DNA from: Chrysomallon squamiferum
Lineage: Eukaryota; Animalia; Mollusca
Direction: 5' to 3'
Assembly: GCA_012295275.1 (NCBI GenBank)
Contig: CM022667.1
Location: 3,782,001-3,846,000 of the forward strand
Length of the DNA: 64,000 bases
This document shows positions 10,296 through 24,920 of the stretch, one piece after another (the first letter of the stretch is position 1; each line of letters starts with the position of its first letter). The notes beneath the pieces are model-generated. The model did not search any database. It saw only the letters and a program-made list of their open reading frames with translations, and was not told where the DNA came from. The position numbers were made by a program, and so were the translations under genes.

Positions 10296-13079
10296 AATCA
10301 CAAAGCTCAGAATTTACACAAAGAAAAATATGACAAAGTGTTAAGGTTCAAAGTATTTTCTATATTCTATATATTACTGATATTTAATTAAAGTACGTTA
10401 CTAGGAACAATTCTCCAGTTTTGTTTGACAAAGTCAATGTTTAGTTATTTCATAAAAATACATCAATACTATGGTGATTACCGTTCACACCTGCTTGATA
10501 TAATAACGTTGGCAGATAGTTTATTGACATTTTAATGCAACATAAATTTTAAACCAGGTGTTCTGTGTGGGTGAATTTACTAACGATTTGCTCAAATATT
10601 TGTTAATACTTTCAATTAATTTACTTTTTTTGTCGTTGATGATCATTCATTAATCATTGAATCAGAATACGAGTTAATCACCGAATTAATAGCTGTATTG
10701 ATCTCAGTATTAATTATTTAAAAAAAATAAAATAATAACAATGTCTATCCATATGGACAACGCATAAAGCAATTAGAATAAAAGAAGAGGATTAACACCA
10801 GTGTAAACGGTCATTCACGCCGCACGCCATATTAAAAACACGGATAGCAATTAGTTCCGTTTTCACGTAACAGCCGAGTTTTCCAATACGACGTTCTCGT
10901 TGAGCAGATAATGAAAACTGTCACCCCCAGAAGCTGACAATAGACTGCGCCTGCTGATAGGACAAATCTGCCACATGTCTGGTTCGGTAGCTTTTATCAG
11001 CGGAACACCTGGGATCACAGCTGTCTCTAGCAATACAGGTGAGTCCATGTTGTTTTTCAGTTGTAGACAGGGGGAGGGATAGACAGGTAACATGCTTCCA
11101 TCCTCCCTCCACCTTTGTTTAATAGTACAAAACATAATTATTTAATCAAGTAAAAGGGGGAAAAAAATGCAACAAAACATCCTCTGTTAATGACACTGAT
11201 CGTTAGATATATATTTGATTTACAGCGCGGTACAATAGGCTTAATAGTTAGTATGTTTCTATTATAATGGAGTGATATATCCTCCCCCTGTACCACCAGC
11301 ACCAGTATCTATGCACCTGCTGTTGTGAAAGAAAAGATTAAACTTTGTATCGATCACTCGACACGGCTAGAATGCCAAATGCTGTCAAAATGGCTTCAAA
11401 ATTGGGTTTTCCAAAGGGAAGCATCGTAAATGCTTGCATATTGTTTCTCCTATATATTTAAAATAATTACATAAATAAGTGCAGAAATAATAAAAAAAAT
11501 AATTTAATATAAAACAACCCCCTCCCAAACATCGTACAGGCGAACAATATTTTTTGTAAAATTCTAAGGTGCTATTAAAAGATAGCAGTAATAAATAAAA
11601 TTATTAAATAATAATAATTATTGTAAAGGTATTTATATAAATACAAAAATATGGCAATTATTATTATTTAAAAAATAAAAAATAAAAATACAATAAAATA
11701 AGAATAGTTAATTCATTAATTAATAAAGCAAGAAAACCGGAAATGCCATGGGGGGGTTTTGTTTTTTAATCGTCTGTTCATGTCGTCTGCAGTTAGCTGT
11801 TTCAGACGTCTTTTTAGCAAGGTTGTCACTAACTTGTGTGCTTTATTAAACGGTATTTTTCAGATACATGGCATATTTATTGATTTAGAGAATAAGAAGG
11901 AATGAAAACTAATTATTATTATTATTATTACTTTAAAAAAAAAAATATTATTAACAAATTATAATTGACTTAACATAGAAAAATTAGTCCACGTTCAGAT
12001 GCATAAACACCCAATTATTAATACAACGAAATTTGTATTAATGAAATAAAATAATTATTCATAAAAAAAAAGTTCTAAAAGACATGAAACTATTTTTTTT
12101 TTTTTAAAATACCAATGTTAAAAATACATGAAGCTTTTTAAAAATGCTATTTAATTATTAAAATATTGATGTTGTTTGTTTCTTTTTAATTTCTTTTTAG
12201 TTATTATTAATATTTTCAGTGACATTTTGTTTTCAGGTATTTAATCTTTTTGATCTTATCTATTCATTCAAAGATTAAAAAAGAAATAAAAAAAAAAGAA
12301 AAAGAAATTATTATCAAAGCTAAAAATGTGCAGCAACATTCTTAGAATGTGATAAAAATCTCCTTAAAAATTAATTGTATATCATATTGCATGAAAAATG
12401 GTGTAATATTTTTATTATTCTCCAGTGGTTATACCTAATATCAGATAACAATAGTTGAAAACAAAACCAATATTATAGATCTAACCTTTAAAGTTTTTTA
12501 GTAATCAAAATAAATATTTTATTACATTTGGCTTATCTATTCAAAGATAAATCTGAAAATTTAAAGCAAAAAATTCTCTAGATTCAGAAATCAGTGATTA
12601 ATTCAGAATCAAAAATAAACTGAAATATTTTCTTTTTGAAGAAACTTTTTAAACAAATTTTTTTTTTAACTAAAGAATTGCAAATTCAGTCATTAATTTT
12701 GAAAGAAGTATTAGTACAAGTATTGGTATAATTAAATTTTTATTTTTGTTATATCAGACTTTTTATTATTTATTTATTATTTTATTTATATATTTACCTT
12801 ATTTTATACTTTTAAAGATTATTTTCTTAGTTTCATGTTTTTTGAAAGCATTTAACCAAAAACAATATATTATTTTGTTAACTTCTAAAGTAGTTTTATC
12901 CTGCTTTGTCATTTTAAATTTAAATTGATCTCTCTCTCTCTCTCTCTCTCTTGTAATGGAATCTAACAAATTCAGTGATCACTGAAAGATGATTTAATTA
13001 TTAATAAATAATTAACGATATTCAGTAATTTTCAAATCATAGATAGTAGCTGGAAGTAGAATGATATTAAACAGCAGAA

Positions 13080-13605
13080 GTATAAAACTATTTGATAAGA
13101 GACAAAAACAACACTATTTCACATAGAGATGAAACTAATGCAGCAATAGATGATAGATTTGGAATGCAAATAATATATAACTCATAACAGTAGGCTAGGA
13201 CAGAAATAATGCAGCATGAAATTCTTTTAATAGTAGGATGTAATATAAAACTCTTCATAGAAATAATAGGATATAAAACTAATTTAACAATAAACTTTGA
13301 ATAGAAATAATATGAAACTCTTGATGGAGACTGAGACAGAAATACAGTATAAAACCCTTCATAGAAATAATAGGATATAAAACTATTTTAACAGTAGACT
13401 ATGAATAGAAATAATACATAACTCTTGACAGTAGACTAAGACAGAAATACAGTATAAAACTATTTTAACAGTAGACTATGAGTAGAAATAATATAAAACT
13501 TGACAGTAGACTGAGACAGAAATACAATATAAAACTATTTTAACAGTAGACTATGAGTAGAAATAATATAAAAGTCTTGACAGTTGTCTTGGACAGAAAT
13601 AACAC
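13080..13605. repeat. Minisatellite, ~38-bp monomer arranged as a ~76-bp dimer
   Basis: TATAAAACTATTTTAACAGTAGACTATG recurs at ~13376, 13453 and 13528, alternating with AAC(TC)TTGACAGTAGACTGAGACAGAAATAC. Degenerate to the left. Confidence 0.85.
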
Positions 13606-14958
13606 AACAGTGTTTACTGTGGTAACTGCTGGGATAAAATGTATTTAACAACTTCTTAGAATATGTATACTCAGTGGCTGTTGGCTGTTAGATGTTTGTT
13701 TGTTGTGATTTGCTAGTGGCTTGTATTTGCTCTGTTCTGCAGAAAACAACTTCACTATACAGTTTCTAATTGCTTAATCAGTTATTTTGACTGTTGGATT
13801 CAGGTTAAACATACGCTAAAAGACAGATTAGAGGATTATCTTTCAATCTGCTCCATATGTTTCAAATGAATGTATCATATCTTGAGAGATGTTTGTTAAT
13901 ATAAGCAAAATAGAATAATTTAATTCTTATTTTTACAAATAAATACAGAGATAGACTCATTACTGGTTGTCAAATTAAATTCCTTTATACAAATTGTAAT
14001 ATATTTGCAATATTAATTATACATATTCATATATACATATGTATACACATATATACACACACAGATATCAACTCAGCAACGAATTCTCATTGTATCATAT
14101 TCTTTTTCATGTCTCACCATACAACAAATATCCTGTACAGACTTAGTCAGATGTAGAAAATTGCTATTAGTACAGACGTAACTTTTATGTTAAATAGAGT
14201 ATGACACTGGTTTACCATTTCACTGATACACAGTATACTCATGGCAGATGTGACAGGGTTACATGAACAAGTGTGACATAGTGCACTGATTTAGTGATAT
14301 TGAATTTCTAAGGCTATCTAGGTACATACATTCTCCTTGAAAATTTTAAAACACAGACAGAAAAATGATTTTAATGTCTCAGACATATTATAAATAATAT
14401 TTGTTATAAAATTTGTTGCTAATTGATATGAATTAATGTTATTGTGAAAAGAATGAATGTTATTTATTAGTGACTATTCAGCCCATCATGGGAGGCATAT
14501 CTGATAGGAATATTAATTTGCAATACAAATAAAATTATGTAAAGCAGTAAAAATCTTTGGATGATGATCTCAACTAGTAAAATTATTTTACTGGCAGCTA
14601 TGTGTACTAGAACCTTAAAATGATTGATTTGAATATTGGATTTCTCCTTCCAGCTTGAATGTATTTATGTATGTATGTATTTATGTATTAAATATCCTGC
14701 AATGGTATTTTACAGTAACAATCATCCTTTTAAAATATTCTTTTAGTTGAAAATATTATTGTAAAGAAACCTGTATTAGGAGTTACATATCATGTACTGG
14801 TTTTAAAGAATACCATGTGTATATACTGGAGTTAAAGGTAATGTTTATATGGGAAATCCCACATATGCTTTTATGTGTTTATTTTTGTTGTTTATAAAAT
14901 ATATTTTTAAATACACATTCTTGTCTCGCTCTCTCTTTCTTTCTCTCTCTTTCACAGA

Positions 14959-14976
14959 CACACACACACACACACA

Positions 14977-15010
<34 letters not shown>
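14959..15010. repeat. (CA)n microsatellite
   Basis: CA run with one interruption. Confidence 0.95.
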
Positions 15011-18000
15011 GCACTCGGTCACAGCTACAGACAGACACAATTCTTTCCTAATTTATACGCTATTAAACATATATAAAAAGGGGCACCTTTAAGAACTGAC
15101 AATAATTGCCACATTTTTTCATACAGAGCTGTACATGTATCTGCATGTATTTTCACACACAAACATAAAGCTCTCAGTCGTTGTACAAATATTTACCTTG
15201 CTTGGCATCATTGCACTAATCTCTTTATTACTGTATTAAGTGAAGCAGGTATCTCAGTTATTAGTAGGGGCTGTACAAACTTTCATACATCGCACCTGGG
15301 TGGCATTCTCTGAATAACACTTATATCCAGTTGTCTACCCTTTACCTTTTTTATTTCCCTTGTAAGAGTTTAAAAATAAAATGATTGACATCAGTGTGAA
15401 TGTTATTATGTGAAATATTTTTTCTCTTGTAATAAGTATAATTTATTAAATTTTGTATTTATGTATAATTTTTTTATTATTATTATATATTTTTTTTTAA
15501 AGTCTTTTGATAAATTTTCTTTGTAATAAAAGAAATAGGAGTTTGAAGATGTAAGGGAGGGTTTAATTTATTTCCAAGTTTGAATATCTCTGTCCTGAGG
15601 CATTACTGTTATTAACCTAAATGCAACAAATGTTCTTTTTTTCTCATTCCTAAAAAGGACAAGTTAATTGGTGGTATACTTTAAAAAAAAAAAAAAAAAA
15701 AAAAAACCTTCATTTTGGTGCTTTTAGCTAAACTGTGTCTCTAATTACTCTTAATTGGTGTGAAAATGTGTGAAAGGTTGCCCTTTACCCATCATCACTG
15801 AGGGTGGTACTCTCAGCCATTGTTGACTGATGGTTGTGTGATATTTTATTCTGTTTTCTCAACCCACCAATTATTGTTCCCCTTAACAAAACCACAGTCA
15901 CGGTGTTTGTTCGCGGGTGGACGAACTTGGATTAACCAAGTTTGTCTTTCACCTGATACAATATCCATTAGTTGCTTTGAATAACTCTAATCAGCTCATT
16001 ATGTAGTAAGGCCACATAAACACACAATAGATCAGAGTTAAGTCCCTTGATGGAGTTAAGTCCCCCTGATGCTAGGGGCTTTACTGATGATGATGGTTCT
16101 TCTCTGCAAGGCTGATTTCTTTACACCTGGCCTCACCTGTGTTATACCTTGAGAGACCTGTAGTTTGTTCATATTACAACAGGTGTTGTTCAGCTGGAGT
16201 TAAGTAAAGAGCTAAACACAGGTGGGTGGAACAGTTATCTAATTACATGCTGTTAACACTTCCAGTCTCTTCATGCCATCATTTAAAATAAAGTAATAAT
16301 AATTATTTAAATTTTTTATAATTTTTTTACAGGAAATTTAATTAATTATTTTATTATAAATGAATTTTGTTATAAATGAAATTTTATTTATGTTTTTTCA
16401 ATTGTAGTTTTAAATAAAATATAGAGGTAATAATTAATGAAAGAAGAAGAAAAAAGATAATTGCAGCAGTGATAATAATAATGTTATCAGTTTGAATATT
16501 AATTAGTGTTCCAATTCGATAAAATAACTGACTAATTATTATTCAGTTTTGCTTATCACTCTTAGGGTCACTGTATCTGTGTTCTGGTGAACGTATTTTA
16601 TAGATATTGTGCTTTATTATTAGCAAAGATTCAGTGTGATTATGCATTCTCCGCTTGAAAGATCTATGTCTGTGTAGTATTTTCTGATTGTCTGCACGTA
16701 TATGTTTGTAGTGTGTACATTTTTAGTTCAGACTATTTGTAAGCACCACCTCAGGCTTGACATGTTTTCAACTTTAAAATCAAATATGCATTATAATATC
16801 TGCAATAAGACTTACAATTTGTTTCATATTACAAGAATTATATTATTAGTCTTATGAATATTTATCATATGCAGGTTTTTCAAACTCTTTGATTATGGAG
16901 GAAGCTATATGGTAGTTACTGTGTCAAGTTACATATAATTAAGGACTTCTGGTTTTTGATAATGTCTAGTTTTTATAATACAAATATTCTCATCCATTGC
17001 TTATTTGAATGATAGTCTTTGATGGAAAAGAGCTCCTTATTTTGTGTTTGAACAGGGAACAGATTTCTAAATAGTGAAAATGTTTGATCAGGTTTTTTTT
17101 TATGTATGGATTATTGTGGCCTGCAGTTTCAACAGCTTTTCAAGCAGAGCGATAAACAATTTAGGCTATAAAGTATCTATAATACACTGTTACTATAAAT
17201 ATTATTGCACATTTCCGATTTCTTGGTTCAAGATATTCATCCATCACTTTTCAAAGTATTAAACTATTTACAATTGTAAAGTATCAGTGTTATTGTAAAT
17301 ATAATGGCAAATTTTTGATGTACTTCTTTCAAGATTTTGCCACCTTTCATTTAGCTGCTTGACTGATCATTAATTTAGCATTAAAATAAATATTAACATA
17401 CAACTTAATCTCTCTAGTTTCTTAATTAATCTGCACACTTCCATTTGAATTTCTTATTACATATCCAGTATCAAAACAGGTTTAAACACAAAAAGTGTTA
17501 ACCTGATACATAGTTTCTGTTTATGATAAATTACTCCACAGCCTTCCGTTTCAGTGATTAGTAAAATTTTGTGAAATGTATAAATACAAAAAGGGTTAAT
17601 AAGATAAAATATGTATTTTATCTTTCTTTATAAACATATATTTGTAACTATATTATTCAGTTTACATTTACACAGAAAGGGTTAATAAGATAAAATATAA
17701 TATGTTTATAAACATACACATACATACACACACAAACAAACAAACTCACATATACACATATGTATGTATGTAACATATATATCAAATCATTGTGTAAATG
17801 AAATTGAACACTGAGCAAAAATATATATATATATATGTATTTATGTATCTATCTATAAATACATCTATCCATCCATATAATCTATCTATCTATACATATA
17901 TTTTGTTATCTTTCTATATAAACAGATATATTTTCTTCATTCCAGTAGTATTGTATAAGTTTATATTTACTGTGATATGTTTAAACATGGAAAATGTTAA

Positions 18001-19802
18001 TAAGAAAAAATATGTTTTGTTTTCTTTTTACACATGTAATTATTATTTTTTTACTCCTGTGGTATTGTGTCAGTTTACATTTATACAGTGATTACATTAT
18101 GAATATTTTCTTGATGATAATTACATTTCTAATGTTTGTAGAGTCTTTTTTTTTTTTTTCTTTCTCTCTTTCTCTGCCAGTATGTCAGTATTAATAACAG
18201 AACTGGTTTTTGTATGATTTATCACAGTACAGATTCAATTTTCTCCTCAAATACTACTTGTAATGAACAATTACAAAACTGGTCAGTTCAAATCTGAGAA
18301 AGGCCAAGCAGAGAAATATTATAATCGGTCAGAAAAACTTTCATGTCCGAACCATTACGTCTGCTTTGCATCATCAGCCATCTTGGTTTTCTCTATGGCC
18401 AACCGCTTTCAGGCAGAGTTACCCAATATTGACAAAAACACTGACCAGAACTTGAGTTAAACGGCTGCGATCTAATATTACTTCAAACTCGCATGCATGG
18501 ATTCCATCAACTGCTGTTTTGGCCAGAATGGTTTGAAAGGACTGTAGGAGATTTTGAAAATCCCTGGAGCCAAGGACTGCTAATGTCGAGACTGGCAGCC
18601 AGGGTTGTAAAAAAATTATTGCTGTAATGTGATTTGCACAGCTAATACTGGGTGCAATATTAAATTTGAAATATCTTTTGAAAATGGTCGGTATGCATGT
18701 GGTGTCTGCAGTGTATCACCTCGCAAACTCAGTAGATATTATTACCTCTGATAGAAGACAGATGTAATGATTGTGATAACCTAAAATGTATTGTAGCAGC
18801 AGAAAAAAAAGTATAGTTTTCCTTTTTCTTTTTTTCCTTTTTTCTTATTTTTTTTATTTTTTATTTTTTCCAGAAAAGTGAAATCAAAAATTTTCATTCC
18901 TTCTTGGTATTAGAATAGTTTATGATATTTGAATTTGAATTTAATATTTGATGTTGTGTTTAGAAATGTTTGGTTATAGTTCTTTTTTATTTTTAATTTT
19001 TTTTTTAACATTAAAATAAAAATATTATTTTCCATTCCATTTTGACATTTGAATCATTATCTGAATATAAGAGTTACAATGAAAATTAATATATAAACTG
19101 TTAGCAATCTAGTCATTGGTTTTAACATATTTAAATTTCTAAAGAACTATTTAAAAACATTATTTCATAAATGTAAATGTTAATTTAATAACACTTTATT
19201 TTCATAACATGAAAGTTAACAAATATCTGGTACATGACTTTTATATTTTATAAAATTAAAATAATATTTTTGACTTTCCTTGTTGAAATTTGAATATCTC
19301 ATAACTTTTGACTTAATTAAAAAAAATATATTTTTGTTTTTTGGTTTCATAAAATTAAATAAAAAATAACTTTTGATGTTGCTTTTAAACAGTTTAATAA
19401 TAAGTTGATTAAGAGGAAAATTAAGAAATATGTTATAATATATGATTTTTAAAATAATTTTTTTAAGTAACATAATTGTTTTTAAAATAAATTCTTTATT
19501 GTCAGATAAACAGATCAGAATGAACTAAAACAATATTAAGAAATATTCATATATGATTCTTTTCTATTTTAATAAACTATAAATAATTTTTAAAAACTTT
19601 TTGAATAACTATACCTGAATTAAAAACAAAAAATTAAAAACAAAATGAAATATGAATAGAAAAAAAAAACTAAATATAAATTTATTTTCATGTTATCAAT
19701 CCACATAATAAATAATAAATAACTTCAAAAAAATACAAAAATACAAAAAGTAAAAAATTATAAATAAAACATTTAATTATGTTTTGTTTTTATTCACTGT
19801 TA

Positions 19803-19970
19803 TGGAAAAATGGCATATGGAAAAAATGGCTTGCACCAGGAAGAAAACATTGCATGTAACAATGGAGCATGAATAAACTGTATTTTCAAAAGTTTTTTTA
19901 AAATCAACTATACATTTTTTCCAAATCTGCACAGTGCCATTTGTTCCAGTGCCATTTTTTTTGTAGAACC
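19803..19970. mobile_element. Possible decayed MITE/foldback remnant with internally repetitive inverted arms
   Basis: Left arm GGAAAAATGGCATATGGAAAAAATGGC. Right arm reverse-complemented is AAAAAAATGGCACTGGAACAAATGGCAC. Each arm has two AAATGGC units. No clear target-site duplication. Confidence 0.4.
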
Positions 19971-20562
19971 TATGTATATATATATATATATATATCATAT
20001 TTAAAATCATATTTTTTCTTCATAACAATGTATTGCAATATGTTTTATTGTACAATTATTATCATTTTCAGAGTTTTGAAGGTAATAAATTATTTTTAAG
20101 AGTGTTAGTCAATACAATTATATAATCATAAATTTGAACAGAATTAAAAAAAAATATAAATAATTTAGCATTATGTTGTTATATTTTCTTTTTAAAAATG
20201 TTTTCAATACATTGTAAATATTACTAAATGAAACACATTTTTCTCTCTTTTTTAATATTCAGAGAATTATGTGTTGTATATAACTAATTATTAAAATATT
20301 ATATTTTGCAAAATTATTATCATTTATAATGATTTTTAATTCTATGTATTGTTATAATTATTATATTTATAATGGTTTTAATTATATGTATTTATAAGTA
20401 CACACATGTATTATATAACAGGTGCAGAAGTGTTAATAATGTTATTTAATGTTATTTACAGCATCTAAAGTATTAACTAGAATGATAGCAAAAAAAAGTG
20501 TTAATTATAGTTGGTATAGCTGTAAAATGGTTAAAGTGATGTATAACACCAAACAAAATTTA

Positions 20563-20865
20563 ATAATGTTGGATACAAAATCAAAAGTTCTGCTGAAAAC
20601 AACAATGTTGGATAAAGAATGAAAATGTAAAAATAATCAAAATTTATGAACAAATCATAATCTTGAATATAGAATGAAAATGTAAAAATGTTGGATAAAG
20701 AATCAAAAATGTACTAATAATAATGTTTGATCAGTAATCAATGAACTAATAATGATTTTGGATACAGAATCAAAATGAACTAATAATGATTTTGGATACA
20801 GAATAAAAATGAACTAATAATGATTTTGAACTAATAATAATTTTGGATACAGAATCAAAATGTAC
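20563..20865. repeat. ~33-bp minisatellite
   Basis: Unit AATGAACTAATAATGATTTTGGATACAGAATCAA, near-perfect at 20740-20865 and degenerate upstream. Confidence 0.85.
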
Positions 20866-21899
20866 CAATGGTAATTGATATGGTAGCAGAAAGCATTAAT
20901 GTTCTGTACAGCAGCAAAAGTGTTAATTTTGCTTTGGCACATACAAAAAGGCTCAGGTGGCCCATTACAATAAAGGAATTAAAAACAAATCAGTTCTATA
21001 GTCGCAGGCCCCCTAAGCACTTGTTCCGTTTATGGTGTTTAATGGATTGTCAGGAGAAAAGCTATGATTTATTCACTGGTAATATGCCGTAGAGGAGCAT
21101 ATACACGGTTCCACCTCGCAATCAATATACCACCAACTCTTCAAATGCCATTAGTTAAATTGTTTTGAGCTGTTGGTGCATTTCCCACCCTTTGCTTTCT
21201 CCCCCCCTTGAGGATAAACAGTTCAGTTTTATTTCTTTGTAGCCAAGCCTCTGAAGTTCAGGGATGTCTATAAAGTGTTTCTGTGTGCAAATCGAGAAAT
21301 AAAATACTGTTTTTGTAATTGTATTAGGTGGAATAAAACTGCCATATGTAGAAAAGATTTAAATGGAAATGCTGGTGGATAATATTTAAGCTTAAAAAAA
21401 TACATAAGAGAATATATATATATATATATAATTTAAACTGCCTGATAGCTAATAAAGTTTTCAACATTGCTATGTTTGTAACTTTCTCTTCCGTGAATTC
21501 TATTTGAATTGATTTTATTTGAATTTTTTTTTAATTATAAAATTAGGATAAATTAAATTAATTTAACTATTAAGAATATTAATAAATTAAATCTCTGTGG
21601 TGTTTGTCAGTGTTAAATTCTGGATCTATGTGTGTTACCTGAAGTTGAAATACATTAACATTAAAAAAAAGTATATTATGAAAAAGGAGAGAGAGAGAGA
21701 GAGAGAGAGAGAACGAGCGAGAGAGAGAGTGTGTTGTATTTATCAGAAGTGGTATTGGTAGTAATAGTCCTTAGAACTGAGACAGACAGGCCTTTTTATA
21801 TCAGTTAATGACTATTTCATACTTACTGAACCAAGGTAACTGTAATTTTGTTTCTGAAGTCTATAAACTTCTTCTTTTCAGTTTATGGTAATTTCATAA

Positions 21900-22345
21900 T
21901 TAATTGTTTTTACTCTGGGGTCATAAACTTTAGAATTTTTGAGCCACAAAATGTGTACGTATGTAGGTATGTAACATTTCAGAGAAGGATAAATTAAGAG
22001 AGACTCTGGCATTCTACATATCAATTTATGTTGATTTTATAATTGTGTTGCTTCTCGTAAACTTCCGAATTTTTTAAAGTACTAAATTTATAGTTAATAA
22101 AATATTACCGAGGTAGATTAACAGAGAGGAATTACTATTTGTTTTTCTTTGAGTCCATAAACTTTATAATTCTTTTTTTTTTTTTTTCATAACCTACAAA
22201 GTGTACAGTTAATATAACATTTCAGAGAGAGATTAATTTAATTTTTTCAAGTTCATGATTATTTTATAATTAGTAGTTGTTTTTCATGCAGTCAGTACGC
22301 TGTATACTTTTATAACCTACAAAGTGCACAGGTATGCAACATTTG
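21900..22345. repeat. Old degenerate local duplication (2-3 copies)
   Basis: CATAAACTTTA.AATT...CACAAA/TACAAA.TGT...AACATTT recurs near 21922, 22157 and 22313. Confidence 0.5.
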
Positions 22346-23230
22346 ATTAGAGTCAATAGTACACCAGCTGTTGTTGGTTTTCACACTGGCATAGGTAACT
22401 CATCAATAACCATATAATTGTTTTGTTGAAACAGCAGTCACTGTTTTTATTTTTTTGTTGTGGTTTTTCTGTTAATTTGTAAACATTGATTGCATATTAA
22501 CAGTGCAAAGGCTAAGTTTAAGAAAAATAAAACTGAACGATAATTAATTAGAAGTATACAAATTGGGATTGGACAAAATTCTGAAAGTTGTAATCTGAAA
22601 TGAAAAAAAAAAAAAAAAAAAAAATTGTCAAAAGTTCAAATCCTAAAATATAAAAATTCAGACTGATAAATAATTAAGAATTAATTAATGTTTTATTTGT
22701 AATTATTGTATTAGTTTTACTGATATTGTTAGTGCTGACATTAATGCTAGGGATAGGATCAGAACAGTGTTTATGGCAAGGACAAAGGTTAATGTTAGCA
22801 TTGAGGGTGTGGTGATAGTGATAATTAGGGATGGTATGACAGATATGCATAAGGTTAAAATTAGTCAAATGCTTTGATGATTGACATTAACATGTTTTGG
22901 ATTATGACTTTCATGATTTTTTTGCTTTGAAAATTGTGTCACATAATATTTGTTAGCAATGACACAGAAAACCCATCCCCCTAAAAAACAAAATTCAAAC
23001 GAAAATAAACAACAACAAAAACCAAACAAATGGAAGTAAACAAAATATATTTGAGATATTTATGTCAGAACAGAAAAAAACATTTTAAAAAATACATCAC
23101 TTTAATGTTTATCTATTTATAAGTTAATCACAATCAGATACATTATTAACTTGAAAGGTATTGAATAATTGATTTAGGTTTAACCATCACAGTATATAGT
23201 ATCTCAACAAGAAAGAATTGTACAATAATT

Positions 23231-23280
<50 letters not shown>

Positions 23281-23596
23281 TATATAGGCCATTTATTGGC
23301 ATCATTATAAGAAAGAAAGAAATAATTACTTTTACACCAAAAATAATAATAATAATAATAATAAAATGAACCATTTTGATATTTACAAAACATTCATTTA
23401 TTAGCATCAGTAAACAATTATTTGAAAATAAAAATAAACATATTTAGATTAAATGTTAACAATACCATAGATTCATTTTAACTCAGAAATCTTTTGCTCT
23501 AAAACTACCAAGCTTTTGTCTTTAAATGCACTATGTGTGTGAATGTGTATGTGTATGAGAGTGTGTGTGTGTGTGTGTGCGTGTGTGCGTGTGTGC

Positions 23597-23630
<34 letters not shown>

Positions 23631-24238
23631 CACAAATTCCATTAAGCAATTTCTTAACCCAGTGTTTTCAAGAAGTTAAATTATTTAAGTCTGAACATAG
23701 TTTTACAACCATGACATATCACAGACATGATATATTAATGAATTCCATTTCTTTCAGTTTTCAGGTTGATGTTGGATCCTCGCAGTTTGATCCCATGCTC
23801 TTTATCACCACATCAATAATAAATGTGAGTATTTGACTTCAGATAGCTGTAACGAATTTAGCTTCTAACACTCAGCAGGTTTTATCTTTGTAAAGCATTA
23901 ACTCTCACAATCATTAGCAATGTTGATGAGTACAGCGACATTGATTGAATTTCATGTGGTTTTTTTCCCTATATTGAATTCATCTGATGATAGACACAGA
24001 AACATACAGATTCATGGGTGTGTGGATTGATTGATGGATAGACTTATGGACAATGGAAAAGATGAAGATCAAATTTATATAGCTACTATAAATGTTTTAT
24101 TATTATTGTTGTTATTTTTCTAAAGCATGAAATATTTCTAAATTTAATTTAAAAATAATACTGATATTCTTCAAAAAGATCTAAACATACGTGGTAATGC
24201 ACAAAACAAATAGACATTTTCAGACTCAGAGAAAGTCC

Positions 24239-24441
24239 ACATACACACAAACACACACATAAATACATACACACAAACACACACATAAATACATACACAC
24301 AAACACACACATAAATACATACACACAAACACACACATAAATACATACATACAAACACACACATAAATACATACACACACACATATAAATACATACACAC
24401 AAACACACATAAATACATACACACAAACACACACACATAAA
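24239..24441. repeat. 26-bp CA-derived minisatellite
   Basis: Unit ATACACACAAACACACACATAAATAC, about 7-8 copies. It explains the three overlapping Cys/Val-rich spurious ORFs. Confidence 0.92.
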
Positions 24442-24873
24442 CATTACACAAACACTCATTCTCTATACAGTTACACAAAAACACATTGTTGAAGTATCTG
24501 ACTACTTTCCAAGCAGATGGCAAATGCAGGATCATCCCTTCTGAAAGCTTTCCTCATCAGCTTAGAACACAAAAGTCAAAATTCAGATTTTAGTCTGGTC
24601 CCAACAGGCTGGGCAGATGTTACAGTGTTGATACATTTACCGCCTGCACGCATCCTCTGCGCTGCTGCCTTTCTTGACTGGTCCTCTGGGTCTTCTTTGT
24701 CATTTGTGAGCTTTTGTCTGAAATCATTACGAGTGCCGGAATGCATCACTTTGCTTCATTACAGTTTAAACAGTTTTTATCCGGTGTTTTGGTTGCAAAA
24801 CATAATTAACAAATTCTCGTAAATTATTACTAATGTGCATTATGTTGGAGTGGTCTTTGTGTGTTTGTGTGTG

Positions 24874-24920
<47 letters not shown>

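Larger units (their letters stand above)
8100..11900. promoter_or_regulatory. CpG-retaining promoter-like domain, probable 5' end of a large downstream transcription unit
   Basis: CpGs are frequent here and rare after ~12 kb. GC-box GGGCGG at ~9522, palindromic E-box GTTCACGTGAAC at 9573-9584. Plus-strand donor consensus sites CTT|GTAAGT (8596) and CAG|GTGAGT (11039). Confidence 0.5.

Noticed and set aside
14851-14860. Isolated NF-kB-like GGGAAATCCC
   Set aside because: Single site with no supporting cluster.
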